64,000 bases of DNA, from contig JAUMVA010000001.1 of the NCBI GenBank assembly GCA_030530425.1, positions 16,132 through 80,131 of the forward strand, in the 5' to 3' direction. Shown one piece after another: positions 48,075 through 57,800 of the stretch. The notes beneath the pieces are model-generated. The model was given only the letters and a program-made list of their open reading frames with translations, ran no database searches and had not been told where the DNA came from. The DNA comes from Candidatus Saccharimonadota bacterium. GTDB lineage: Bacteria; Patescibacteriota; Saccharimonadia; Saccharimonadales; Saccharimonadaceae. A program made the translations under genes and the position numbers. Each line of letters opens with the position of its first letter. Position 1 is the first letter of the stretch.

Positions 48075-49036
48075 TATAGATCTCCTGCTGGTTGATCATT
48101 AGCCTTGCGAGTGTAAACCGTTGATATTTGATCAAAATTTACCAACGCTTCGCGTGCTGAAATATCAGGATTATAAAAATTATAAAATAGTTGACTTAAT
48201 TGTGCGGTGTTTAGCTGCTTTGCCTGTACGCCGACTTGTGATAAGCCACTGATAACTACATCAACGCGGTTTTGTATTTCTTCTTTAGCTTTTAAATAAG
48301 TTTGATTATTGATTTTAACTGGTTGGCTTGGATTTTTATTTGATGAAAATAAGCTTGTGAGGATATTTTGTGATTGTTTTTTAATATCATTAAATGATTC
48401 GGTAGTTGAATAATATGGTATTACCACATAAAAAGATTTATCCATAATATTAGCTTCTTGAGCTAACATTTCAATATAGTTTAAATAATCATCCATTAAT
48501 ACATTTAATAACATATTATCTTGTTCAGAGCGAATTTTGAGCAGTTTTTCTAAATAAGGACCTATGTCGACTTTATTAGATCGAATTAAAATTTGAATTG
48601 GAAAATAAAGTGAATTTAAGAATCCCTGATAACCATATTCGATACCTTCTCGCTCACGATAACTCATTAAATCGAAGTTAATTGATTTACAAACGACAAC
48701 AGCTTTGTAGCTGCCATCTTTCATAATTAAGATTCCTTCTTTAATTTCGGCAATTTGAAGTGTATTTTGAGTTGAATTAGGATTATTTGGCTGCGAAGAA
48801 GTTTTTTGAGTTGAAATATTAGCTTTGCCAGAATCTTTAATTGTTGGTGGTTGTGACTGATTTATTGTTGGCGATGTATTAGTTTGAATATCAGTTGGTT
48901 GGATTTGCGACATTGGCACAGATTGTTCTGACTTGACTGGTTGAGCAAAGTTTGGATTATTTACTGAATAATTGCCATTATTGACTGGCTGTGATTGTGG
49001 GCCGGGATTGGATTGGTTGTACTGATTTGGGTTCAT
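48074..49036 (-). CDS. VirB4 N-terminal-domain-like protein with Pro/Gln/Asn-rich N-terminal low-complexity region
   Basis: 320 aa. C-terminal 200 aa (…IKEGILIMKDGSYKAVVVCKSINFDLMS..EREGIEYGYQGFLNSLYFPIQILIRSNKVD…) resembles the N-terminal domain of Gram-positive-type VirB4/TraE ATPases. First about 100 aa are a P/Q/N/S/T-rich disordered segment. Translationally coupled to the ATPase ORF. Confidence 0.5.
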   Translation of the reverse strand: MNPNQYNQSNPGPQSQPVNNGNYSVNNPNFAQPVKSEQSVPMSQIQPTDIQTNTSPTINQSQPPTIKDSGKANISTQKTSSQPNNPNSTQNTLQIAEIKEGILIMKDGSYKAVVVCKSINFDLMSYREREGIEYGYQGFLNSLYFPIQILIRSNKVDIGPYLEKLLKIRSEQDNMLLNVLMDDYLNYIEMLAQEANIMDKSFYVVIPYYSTTESFNDIKKQSQNILTSLFSSNKNPSQPVKINNQTYLKAKEEIQNRVDVVISGLSQVGVQAKQLNTAQLSQLFYNFYNPDISAREALVNFDQISTVYTRKANDQPAGDL

Positions 49037-49037
49037 A

Positions 49038-50042
49038 TTATTTTAATGAAATGACGACTTCTTCATTTTCTCCATCAATTAATTTACGTCGTTGGTTAAT
49101 TTTTTTAGCTTCAGCAGCTATAGTTTGAATTGATAAATTGTCATTATTTGCTAAGTTTATTATATCAGGTGTGGGTGAAAAAGTATAAGTATTTTGTGAA
49201 TGCTGTGATGATTGATCAATAGTTGGTTGTTCTGATTGTATTGGTTCTATAATTGTTGTTGATTGATTAGTATCCAAAACTGCAGCTTGTTCTTTATTAA
49301 CTGTCTGTTGAGATTGAGACATATTTTGTAATGACTTATAGTCTGATGATGAAATATTAATATTGATTTCTTTTTGATAGTCTTGAATATTTTGAAAGTT
49401 GTTTGTTATACCTAAAGAAACATTTGGTGTAATGTGATTATCTTGTTGTTGGGAACTTTGTTGCAGTTGATTAATGATTTGTTGACGTTGAGTTTGTTGT
49501 TGCTGATTAATAATTTGATCAAAATTTTGATTTACGCTAGCATATTCATCATGAATATCTTCGACTTGTGTTGATTCAGCTAAAACTTCTGATTGAATAC
49601 TTGGATTTGTGATTAATTGATTGCGAATAATCATACCATTCGAGTCGACTACTCCCGAAAGAAAACTAATTTGTTGTTTGGCTTGTTCAAATGAAATATC
49701 TGGTCCAACCGATTGTTCTTGGGGTAGATCATTAGTAAATTCAACTAAACTAATAATGCCATCCTGCTCCCAAATTTTGCGACGTGGTTTAAAATAAAAT
49801 GATAATAAAGCTGCAATATAAATCTCCATTGGTTGATCTTTTTTTAGTGGCAGTGATAATACTAAGAAAATAATTGCAAACGGCGCTGGAATGATTACCA
49901 GCGGTACGAAAATTAACGCCAAAAAATATCCTAGCCCACCAAACATTATAGCAACAACTAAATAAATGAATTGCCTAAAGCTCAATGGTCCAAGCAATTT
50001 ATCTTCGGCTTCGACATCTTGCGGAACTTTATAGCTTGCCAT
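49038..50042 (-). CDS. PrgI/VirB3-like two-TM membrane protein with long Q/N-rich C-terminal tail
   Basis: 334 aa. N-terminal about 90 aa with a TM hairpin (FRQFIYLVVAIMFGGLGYFLALIFVPLVIIPAPFAIIFLVLSL) sits directly upstream of virB4-like genes, as for PrgI/TcpE/VirB3. Remainder is Q/N-rich (QQQQTQRQQIINQLQQSSQQQ…). Confidence 0.45.
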   Translation of the reverse strand: MASYKVPQDVEAEDKLLGPLSFRQFIYLVVAIMFGGLGYFLALIFVPLVIIPAPFAIIFLVLSLPLKKDQPMEIYIAALLSFYFKPRRKIWEQDGIISLVEFTNDLPQEQSVGPDISFEQAKQQISFLSGVVDSNGMIIRNQLITNPSIQSEVLAESTQVEDIHDEYASVNQNFDQIINQQQQTQRQQIINQLQQSSQQQDNHITPNVSLGITNNFQNIQDYQKEININISSSDYKSLQNMSQSQQTVNKEQAAVLDTNQSTTIIEPIQSEQPTIDQSSQHSQNTYTFSPTPDIINLANNDNLSIQTIAAEAKKINQRRKLIDGENEEVVISLK

Positions 50043-50078
50043 TAGATATATTATATCAAAAAGCGTAAAAAATATAAA

Positions 50079-50555
50079 CTAATAATAAACGTGGTTATCT
50101 GTACTGTCTATTTTTTGTGTGTTGAAATAAATATTCACTAATGTATTATTATAATCTAAAACAATCTTATATTTTTCGTTACTATCATTAATTGTAAGTA
50201 TAAAACTAGCCATATCGGTGTTAGTTGACTTATTATATTCTGAATTTATGTCACTGATTGTAGCTTCTTTATAATCAAATTCGCCATGCAATGAAATGAG
50301 ATGATTAACGATGGCTTTTGTAATAAAATTCTGCCATCTTAAACTAGTCATTTCACCGATTGAAAAACCATTTTTGGCAGTTTTTTCCCAGCCAAATATA
50401 ATAATGGTATTTTTTTCTGGAACACCAGACCCACCAGTTTGTCGTGAATTATTTGACTGATTATTGATAAATATATATATTAAACTAATAATTACAAATA
50501 GACCTAATAAAACTGATAATAAGATTAAAATTCGTTTTTTATTTAAATCTCTCAT
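50079..50555 (-). CDS. Small single-pass membrane protein, T4SS cluster-associated, unknown function
   Basis: ATG at 50555 with SD GGGAGG 8 nt upstream; ATGA overlap with the upstream hydrolase gene. The ORF track starts at an upstream TTG (50570). N-terminal TM (ILILLSVLLGLFVIISLIYIF). Confidence 0.45.
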   Translation of the reverse strand: MRDLNKKRILILLSVLLGLFVIISLIYIFINNQSNNSRQTGGSGVPEKNTIIIFGWEKTAKNGFSIGEMTSLRWQNFITKAIVNHLISLHGEFDYKEATISDINSEYNKSTNTDMASFILTINDSNEKYKIVLDYNNTLVNIYFNTQKIDSTDNHVYY

Positions 50556-52531
50556 CGTGATACCTCCCAATAATTTTTAGAAGCTGCTTGTATTTGAGCT
50601 TGAGTAAACGATGATTTAGTCTTTTGTTCGCTAGCCGGATCTATAATTTTTATTTTTCCATCGTTATCGAGACCTCTTAAAGCCATTATATGTCCACTTG
50701 TAGTAAAATCTCCAGGACCTTGTGAATTTATTACCCAACTGCCTCTTTTTAAAGCTTCTACTGCTTTTGAAGAATCATTCTCTAATTTTGTTACTTTTAA
50801 ATTAAATTTAGCTGGTACGCTAGTAAAAGAACCCCATGATATACCCACGTTTGCAAAACTAGATAATTCAGCGATTGTTTCTGGAGTAACTGATTGATTA
50901 CAAGTCAAATTTGCTATTATTATAGCCAGCGTGGTTGGACCGCAACCAAAATCAACAATTTTTTGACCAACTTGTTTTATTGTTTTATTTTTCCAAGGTT
51001 CTTGGTATTGATAATAAGCTAATAATCCGTCAACTACTTGAGTTCCTGGTTCACCATTTGTTTTCCAATTACCACAAGTTCCGGTATTAATAGTTGATGA
51101 AACACAATTATTGTTAGAATTGAATTCAACGCTCGATCCTAATTGTTCTGCATCAATTGCATCACCAGCTAAAGCGTAAATTTCGTTAGTCCATTGAGTA
51201 ACATGATCAACATATAATTTTTCGTTATTACCATCTGAACTTGGTGCATACTTATGGATAAATTCTGGAAGTGTTAAATCCGAACCGTAAATTCGATTCA
51301 CATAAATAAACATATTATCTGCATCTTTTCCAAATATACTATCTCTAAATGAGTTCCATTTATACCAATAACCGCTTTTAGCTGTAATTATATGTGGTTG
51401 GCTTTTTGTAGCTCTTCGTCCAAAACTATTTTTTCCATCTTTAACTTTGGCGGTATTGGCAGTGCCTAAGCTACTTTCTTGTCTTGCCAAAGTATAAACT
51501 ATGACCGGATTAATTCCTTCTGCCATACCACCAGCCACAATATCTTTACCAAGACCTCTGAATGGTGAATCGGGATGACTTTGTTCAGTCCACTTATCAA
51601 TGGCTTCTGCTAATCTATTAACGTCATTAATTTTCATTAATTTAAATGGTTTTTGATTATTATCACGTTGACCAATTGACTGATTTGAGTTTGATCCGCT
51701 AGAAGCCGTTGATGAGTTACTGTTTGAACCACCACCTTGCTTCATTAAATAGTTATAAATTAGAAATGCGCCTGGTCGTGAGTCTTTATGGCCACATTCA
51801 AAACCATGTTTTTTAGCTTGTTCGCAATATCCTTGATGATCTAAATAACCATTGTTAGAATAATTTGTAGAATAATTTAATAAATAGCCAAAATCGCGCC
51901 ATGTTAGATTAGCTCGTTCATAAAGAAAACCTCGACCCCATCCTAAAAACATATTGCCAATATTATCGATTGTCCAATTGGTGGTAGATTTAAGACTAAA
52001 ACCACTTCTTTCAGCCCATCCTTGAAGATGTTCTAAACCAACTTTTAAATCGTCGAAGTAATTTTTTCCAGGTGCATTTTTATCTAATGAGGCTTCTGCG
52101 GATGTTCCAAAACTATTACCACCGTTGAGGATTGTTTTATCTGTTCCAAATCCACGCTCTCTAAAATCAACCATTGCTAAAAAGATCCAAGTTTCTTCAA
52201 CGAATCCAATTTCTTTTGCAGCTTCGATATATAATTGTTTTCTAGTTTTATTATCGTAAACGATCTCTTTATTTACCTTGTTATTAATCACTGACTCGCC
52301 GTTTTTTTCGAGCCAATTTTTACCTTCTTCGTTCGGTACTATATCGTCAAAACTAGTAAGTGCACCGAGACCACCATTCGTATTATTGCATTCACCATTT
52401 GGATTATAAAAACGAATATCGTTGCGAATACCAAATAATTCACTAAATTCAAAGGCATAAACAGTATAAGAAGAAATGATTGAACAACAAAAAATTATAC
52501 TAAAAATAATAGCTATTTTACGTCTTTTCAT
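50552..52531 (-). CDS. Secreted peptidoglycan hydrolase: GH73 glucosaminidase-like domain + C-terminal papain-like (peptidase C39-like/CHAP-like) Cys-His domain
   Basis: 659 aa. Signal peptide; central …TLARQESSLGTANTAKVKDGKNSFGRRAT… resembles the GH73/FlgJ glucosaminidase catalytic motif (ESGWG…NNLFGIKA). C-terminal …DFGCGPTTLAII…TSGHIMALRG… fits a Cys/His peptidase of the C39-like type. Confidence 0.55.
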   Translation of the reverse strand: MKRRKIAIIFSIIFCCSIISSYTVYAFEFSELFGIRNDIRFYNPNGECNNTNGGLGALTSFDDIVPNEEGKNWLEKNGESVINNKVNKEIVYDNKTRKQLYIEAAKEIGFVEETWIFLAMVDFRERGFGTDKTILNGGNSFGTSAEASLDKNAPGKNYFDDLKVGLEHLQGWAERSGFSLKSTTNWTIDNIGNMFLGWGRGFLYERANLTWRDFGYLLNYSTNYSNNGYLDHQGYCEQAKKHGFECGHKDSRPGAFLIYNYLMKQGGGSNSNSSTASSGSNSNQSIGQRDNNQKPFKLMKINDVNRLAEAIDKWTEQSHPDSPFRGLGKDIVAGGMAEGINPVIVYTLARQESSLGTANTAKVKDGKNSFGRRATKSQPHIITAKSGYWYKWNSFRDSIFGKDADNMFIYVNRIYGSDLTLPEFIHKYAPSSDGNNEKLYVDHVTQWTNEIYALAGDAIDAEQLGSSVEFNSNNNCVSSTINTGTCGNWKTNGEPGTQVVDGLLAYYQYQEPWKNKTIKQVGQKIVDFGCGPTTLAIIIANLTCNQSVTPETIAELSSFANVGISWGSFTSVPAKFNLKVTKLENDSSKAVEALKRGSWVINSQGPGDFTTSGHIMALRGLDNDGKIKIIDPASEQKTKSSFTQAQIQAASKNYWEVSR

Positions 52532-52567
52532 ACTTAAATTATAAACTAAACAAAAAACTTTAGCAAA

Positions 52568-54769
52568 TTACAGAAGTGGTAGTTGATTAAAAATTTGTTG
52601 TAAACGATTATCAATAAAATAGATTGCATAGAGTGCTTTTTGTTCAGAGTTTTGTAGACAACTCGCTCCATCGTCAAAACCATTTTCACTATTACCGATC
52701 GGCAAATTGCCTCGATTAACACAATTTTTTTCATAATCAGCTAAACCATTTTGTCTGACTAATTGACAATCGGAAGTACAATTTGGATCAGCTAAAGCTA
52801 AATCTCCACTGGCGATTAATCGATTGATTACTTCTTCGGTTGACAAATTTAAATGTGTCGTTGAGGTGCCATAAACTGGATTGCAAAAGACATCAAGAGC
52901 AATTTCTTCACCATTGGTTAAATATTGATTTAATTTTGCATAAGTTGAATCTTGACAGTTGCTTAAACTATTATAAGTTTTAGTCGATGATGTAGCTTGA
53001 GAAATTGGATTAATTGTCGCTAAACTATAATTGACTGATTTTAAGAAGTTGGCGCTAAAAGTTAATAATGATGAAACCTGCGATAATAACGATAAATTAT
53101 GATAAACGATACTACCAAGAAAAGTGTATTTGGAGCTAGTATCAAATGGATTAAGATTTTTTTGATCAATTTTAGCTTGCATAGCTAAACGCTTATCTTG
53201 TTCATTTAAAAAAGCTACAGCTTGTCGTTTAGTCAAAACACCACTACCGCCACGTGCAGCATTACGACCTAAAAAGGCTCCAAATCCAGCCGCTGCGGCA
53301 TTACCAAAATCCTCCCCTGCTGTTTCGGAATCAACATGTCGATTAGACATTGCAGCTAAAGTGTTTTCAGTAAGTTTGCGACTACTATTGTTATCAAAAT
53401 TAGTTGATAAATTTAACTTGAATGGATTAAGAAAATTAAGAATATTGGCAAAGAAATTACTGAGAAATGATGTCTGGGATTGGCTATTACAATGTTGTTG
53501 ATTGGTATCGGAAATTAATTGATTAGTGGTCGGAGTTGCACCGAGGATATAACGCTCAGTATTGTCATCTGGAATAACTGCATCACCATAGGCTGCATAT
53601 TTATAACCAATTGAATCAGTGGCGGCTTTTGTTTTTATAATTGTGCCATCGTTTTTGACAGTCTGAAAAGTTTTAGTTAAACGATTACCATAATATTCAA
53701 CAGCTTCTGGTGTAGCAACTCCAGCTTTAATTTTATCTGATTCAATTGCTAAATTAAGTGCGAATTTAGCTTGTTGACTAGCTTGTTTAGTTTTAGCATA
53801 ATCCTGCAAAAAAATACTGTTTTGATAAGCTCCACAAGCGCTTTGATTTGAAATAAAATCAGTTTCAACTAATTTTAAATTATCAAATTTTTGTTGAAAT
53901 GGTGTTTGATTTTTTTCTGATAATTTATCTGCTTGCTGATTAATATAAGTTAAATTATTAGTTAATGATCTTAACAAGTTTGCGTTTGGGGTATCAATCT
54001 CATGTTCATTCCCCTGTTCATCTTTAGTAGTCGGAATGGTAGTATTAAAACGTAAGCCATATTCATTAATTTTTGTTAAATCATTTTCTTGTTTGCGATA
54101 GTCTTCTATAATTTTTTGATGATCACTTGACTCTGGTTTTTTAAAGCCAGCTTTTGACAAACCTAGGTTATTAGCATTATGTTGCCAAGCTTGATCTTGA
54201 AATACGATTCGTTTACTTAAAAAAGCCACATTTTTCGCTTCATTGATAGCAACGTTAGTTTGAAGCTGATTCAAAAAATCTGCTTTATTAATTGGTTGAT
54301 TTTTAAACCAAACTGCTCGAATTTGTTTATTTTGAATATCAAAATGAAAACCTTGGCTTTCAAGGTTTTTAATTAAATTATCGGAAATTTGGCGACGTTG
54401 GTTAATCTCAGCATAGCGACTATTGGTTGGTTGAGATGTAAATAAATTATCAAGCATTAAATTTGCTCGAGCGTTTAAACTAGTTTGATCAGTATCATAA
54501 CGATCAACAAAAGTTTGAACAAAATGATTAATTAATAATCCTGGTAATGACACTATTAAAACCGCAATTCCAGCTAACAGCAATAGCATTGATAAGCTAA
54601 TTATTGGGATGATTTTTTTGAAATTTTTTGGTTTTGATCCTGGTTTAAAACGAAAATAATTAGTTGATTTTTTTCTAGTTTGATTAACATCATTATCGGT
54701 ATCATCGCTAATTTGTGAGCGATTTTCCCAGAAACGTAATTGGTCTAAAGATTGATAATAATCAGTCAT
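52568..54769 (-). CDS. Membrane-anchored large extracytoplasmic protein, T4SS cluster-associated, unknown function
   Basis: 733 aa; cytoplasmic N-terminal about 50 aa, one TM (IPIISLSMLLLLAGIAVLIVSL), then about 650 aa S/T/N/Q-rich extracellular region with 10 Cys. Confidence 0.5.
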   Translation of the reverse strand: MTDYYQSLDQLRFWENRSQISDDTDNDVNQTRKKSTNYFRFKPGSKPKNFKKIIPIISLSMLLLLAGIAVLIVSLPGLLINHFVQTFVDRYDTDQTSLNARANLMLDNLFTSQPTNSRYAEINQRRQISDNLIKNLESQGFHFDIQNKQIRAVWFKNQPINKADFLNQLQTNVAINEAKNVAFLSKRIVFQDQAWQHNANNLGLSKAGFKKPESSDHQKIIEDYRKQENDLTKINEYGLRFNTTIPTTKDEQGNEHEIDTPNANLLRSLTNNLTYINQQADKLSEKNQTPFQQKFDNLKLVETDFISNQSACGAYQNSIFLQDYAKTKQASQQAKFALNLAIESDKIKAGVATPEAVEYYGNRLTKTFQTVKNDGTIIKTKAATDSIGYKYAAYGDAVIPDDNTERYILGATPTTNQLISDTNQQHCNSQSQTSFLSNFFANILNFLNPFKLNLSTNFDNNSSRKLTENTLAAMSNRHVDSETAGEDFGNAAAAGFGAFLGRNAARGGSGVLTKRQAVAFLNEQDKRLAMQAKIDQKNLNPFDTSSKYTFLGSIVYHNLSLLSQVSSLLTFSANFLKSVNYSLATINPISQATSSTKTYNSLSNCQDSTYAKLNQYLTNGEEIALDVFCNPVYGTSTTHLNLSTEEVINRLIASGDLALADPNCTSDCQLVRQNGLADYEKNCVNRGNLPIGNSENGFDDGASCLQNSEQKALYAIYFIDNRLQQIFNQLPLL

Positions 54770-54825
54770 AATATAATATTAAATTACTCTTATATTATAT
54801 CATATTTAGTTAATTTTCTCAATAA

Positions 54826-57800
54826 CTAACGGAATGAATCAAGATATTTCAGACCTTTTTGACTAGTCACAGTTTTGCAAATTCGATCAATTTGTTGATC
54901 GCGAACTGGACCGCTATGAAAACCAGCTATAAATTGTTTAAAGGCAACATCTTCCAGACTTCCACTAGCGTAACCTTTAAATTTCATCCAATTGGTGCGA
55001 TCAGCGAATGAATCGCTGATGATGTTAATCCGATTATTTTCTAGATCAGTTTTGTTAATGGTAGACGTTTCTTTCACAAAATTCATTTCATTACCTGGCG
55101 CTGCTGTTGTATGAGTTTCACCATTTAAAGCCTGTTCTAAAGTTGCACCATTAGTTTTTTCAACGCGTTTGTAAAGTTGACGAACTAGAGAAGCTGGAGC
55201 TTGTTTGTCTTCTTTTTCATACATTTTGTCGATAGTTTTAAAAGTTGCTTTTAATAGCTCACTATCACCGCCTCTATTAAGATAAATTTGCGAAGCTCGA
55301 CGAATATCATCAAAATCACCATGACCATTATCAGCCATTGAAACCATTGACGATAAAATAATATTAGGATTACTTTTAATACTATTCAAGAAAGTGCTAG
55401 TTTGATCATTTTCAGCAGTGGTCATACTACTTGAATTAACATAGCTTAAATCACTACTAAAACTATTATCATGTACAAAATCAGGATCACTAGTAATTAA
55501 ATTTTTAATTATACTTTGAGCAACGTTCTCACCTAATAAAGTTTGATCCTTGCCTAAATTTAATACTTCAGTAAAAGCTTTTTCGTCAATTTCAGGAATG
55601 GTTGATTTATAATCAAAATAATCACCTTGATTAAATTTAAAACCTTTATTTCTGAGCATAGCTTCTGGAGTAAGATTATGCAAATTTCCAACTACTCCAG
55701 TTCCAAAATTACTAATTTGGCGACGAACTTTTTGTAAAGGAGTTTTAGAACCACGTTGCATTTGTCGTTGACGATTGAGATGGGCTTGTTGAACTTGCTG
55801 ATGAAAATTAGTTTTTTCATATTTTTCGCGAGCTGATTGAGGTATTGAACTAGCCAAACTGCCAACTTTACTACCAATTAGAGGTATACTATTAATCATA
55901 GTAAGTAATAATTTAGGCAGGGCTAAATAAGACGCAATAATTGGTAGTGGTGATAAGATAACTACTACTCCGCCACTTTGATACATAATTTTTGCTACAA
56001 ATCCGGCTGCTCCAATTAAGGCACTAGCCATCGGATAAAACATTAAAATAGAGGTCATAGTTTTTGACCATAATGAAAATAATTTGTTTGAACTAGCTGT
56101 GATCAAGCTTGCTAAAGCAATCGGCATGATTAAGACTAAAATTACAAAAACAGCATCACGAACTGCTAACATTACAAAAGCTATTAAAACCGTTAAGAAA
56201 ACTACAATTATAATTGGAATGAATATTGCGGCTGTAAAAACAGCTGAACCAAATAATAAGAAAAGACTACTACCGGCTAGAATCTCAGCACCTAATGTAA
56301 TTAAAAAACTACCGTAATCCACGCTACCAAGTTTAGCTAATAAAGCTGCTAGTGAGTCGCCGACGATATTACTCATATCAGCTGCGCCCGCAATTAAGAA
56401 GTAAGATAAATTAATTAATAATGCAAAAATTGCCAATCGTGGCAATAAACGACGAAAATGATAATTACCATTACGAAAATTAGTAATGGTTCCAAAAATC
56501 ATTATGATAAAAACTAGAATTAAGATAATGTTTGAAAAATTACGAAAAAATTTCCAGGCATCATGCAAAATAACTGAGCCAGTTTTTTTTGAAGTTTTTA
56601 CAAAAATTTCAGTTTTTAGACGTAATGCATCGCCGACTATTTTCATTCCACCAGTGGCGGTATTGGTCATGAATCTAGTTGGTGCACAGATAAACAAAGC
56701 TGTTACTCCTCTGAATAAACAAGCTGATGAAGTTTTATAGTATTGATTGGCTGTATCAGCTGGATTAGCAAAAGCGTTCTCAGAGTTAAAGAAAAAATTC
56801 ATCTCATAGGCGTTAAACGGCAGCCAACGTTTGATAATATCAATATCGCGTCTATGATCAAGTATTTTTCTTACATTATCTGGGTTACTCATCATGGTCG
56901 TTAAGAACAAACCAAGTTTATAATCAACTTTTATAAAATCACTTTGTGGGTCAGTTGTACCATTAGTACCGTTATCATCAATATTAGGTGCTTCAAATAA
57001 TGATAAATTTATCAAGTCCTGACCGCTTGCATTAACTAATGCATGAATTGATAGGGCTTTATTATCATTACCTTCGCTATATTTGCAACCAATATTATCT
57101 AAAAAATCTGTTAATTTTTTATCCGCTTCCGCTTCATTTCCAGATTCTATAAAAAATCTTTTCCACTTATATTGTAAAATATGTTCGTTTTCATCTTTAC
57201 ATAATTCGCTTAGATTGTCTGGCATTTTTGGTGCTGGATCGGATTGATATTGACCAATTTTTTGTCCCCAAATAATAGTCTCCGGGTCGATGCCGTTATT
57301 TAAATGACCAATGCGCTCATAAAGAATATCGTCTTCTTCTTTATTGGCAGTTGCGTGAAGAATTCGTGCGGCTAAAATATTATATTTAGTATAAAAAATA
57401 TTATTTTCGTCTAATTTTGGCGTATAAAATTCAGGATATGCTCCTGTGTTTGTATCCCCACTTGCTGAATTATCAATAATTCTAACAAAATCAGGATTAT
57501 TTTTAGTTTCAGTCTCAACAAGTTTAGTATCAATATAAGAAGCTAAAAAAGCTAAAAATGCAAGTCGAATGCGCTCGGCTTCAAAAATATTTGGACAATA
57601 AACTACATCATTTTTAAAATCTTTAGTCGTTGGTCCTTTGCAGTTTTCTAGTTCTTGATAAAGATATTTTGCAAATATAACAATTTGATCGATGGTTTCT
57701 TCTTTGCTTAACTTATTGCTTTTAGGATATTGTGTATCAATATTAAATTTTTCATATTTAATACTAGCGTTAGCTTGTGCTGTTATAGATAATGTCATTA

